A DNA stretch of 64,000 bases from Eledone cirrhosa. Lineage: Eukaryota. The stretch is taken from contig OZ024755.1 of assembly GCA_964016885.1 (NCBI GenBank), forward strand, positions 22,506,001-22,570,000. Direction: 5' to 3'. This document shows positions 62,980 to 64,000 of this stretch, piece after piece (the stretch's first letter is position 1; the number at the start of each line of letters is the position of its first letter). A program made the translations under genes and the position numbers. The notes beneath the pieces were generated by a model. The model did not search any database and had not been told where the DNA came from. It was given only the letters and a program-made list of their open reading frames with translations.

Positions 62980-63410
62980 TAATTTCTACTTTTGGCACAA
63001 GGCCAGCAATTTTGGGGAGAGGAATGTCAATTAAATCGACCCCAGACTATTACTGGTGCTTTATTTATCGACCCCCCTCCCCTAAATAATGAAAGGCAAA
63101 AGTAACCTCGGCGGGATTTGAACCCAGAGTGTAAAGGGCCGTAACTCGGTGCCGCTAAGCATGTTGTCCGGCGGTCTATCAATTTTACCAATCAACCGTC
63201 CTAAATAATAATAATAATAATAATAATTGTTTCTACATTTGGCACAACGCCAGCAATTACCCCAGTGCATTACTGGTGCTTTATTTTATCGACCCCGTAA
63301 GGATGAAAGGCAAAGTTAACCTCGGCGGGATTTGAACTATAATAATGGTTTCTTATATAGGCAGAAGGCCATCAATTTGGGGGGGGGGGAGTCGATTAAA
63401 ACGACCCAGT
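62980..63410 (-). mobile_element. cluster of three Meta-type SINE copies/fragments
   Basis: Copies at ~62980-63202, 63226-63338 and 63345-63410. Confidence 0.8.
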
Positions 63411-63418
63411 ACATTCCT

Positions 63419-63718
63419 TGGTTGTGAGTTCAATTCTCAGACTGGGTGATGTGTTGTTTCCTTGAGCAAGACACTTTATTTCACATTGCTCCAGTTTACT
63501 CAGCTGTAGAAATGAGATGATGGGGACTGGGGTCCCTATCATTTCACTGCAAAGTGGACATGTAGGTGCCACAGCAAAAAAAGCACCCAGCACTCACTGT
63601 AAATGAGGTTGGTGTTAGGAAGGGCATCCAGCTGTAGAAATCAAGCCAGAATCAGTTCCCGTCCCACCCTTGCAAGCAGGGAAAAAGCAGACGTAAAATG
63701 AAATGATGATGATGATGA
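63419..63718 (+). mobile_element. 5'-truncated CORE-type SINE with RTE tail
   Basis: Same family as 39905-40238. Confidence 0.85.
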
Positions 63719-63843
63719 TATATATATATATATATCTGTGTGTGTGTGTGTTTGTGTATTACTGGTGAGTTAACACTGCTTTGTTTCAATGCTGTACTGT
63801 AAGTACAGATCATATCTATAGACTTTTAGCCAACATTATATAT

Positions 63844-64000
63844 GGATTGGCAGTATCGGTAGAGGGTCAGACACCATGCTTTGCAGCAAAGAGTTACGGC
63901 CCTTTATGGTCTGAGTTCAAATCCCGCCGAGGTTAACTTTGCCTTTCAACCTTACAGGGTCGATAAAATAAAGTACCAGTAATACACTGGGTAATTGCTG
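63844..64000 (+). mobile_element. Meta-type SINE (runs off the window end)
   Basis: Consensus match. Confidence 0.88.

Overview
This is an AT-rich, repeat-dominated animal genomic window, most likely from an octopod cephalopod (inferred from its SINE families and microsatellite load). I found no supportable host protein-coding exon. Nearly all listed ORFs are translations of microsatellites or minisatellites; the only real coding remnants are decayed RTE-clade LINE fragments. The window holds about 20 tRNA-derived Meta-type SINE copies, CORE-type SINEs whose 3' tail matches a co-resident RTE LINE, and several young tandem arrays (58, 79, 143 and 48 bp units, plus a 3 kb triplet-phased GT-rich repeat). 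The main signal is a set of about a dozen short non-coding elements of several unrelated families, many in or beside (TA)n tracts. About nine are fold-back (long inverted repeat) structures, and most carry complete, variant or truncated minimal hammerhead ribozyme cores (CUGANGA...GAAA plus a palindromic helix III). Most also have a single-copy 3' tail, and several tails contain an ACUC...GAGU hairpin. This architecture fits non-autonomous or truncated Penelope-like element pseudo-LTRs. Ribozyme calls come from motif reading by eye, not computation.
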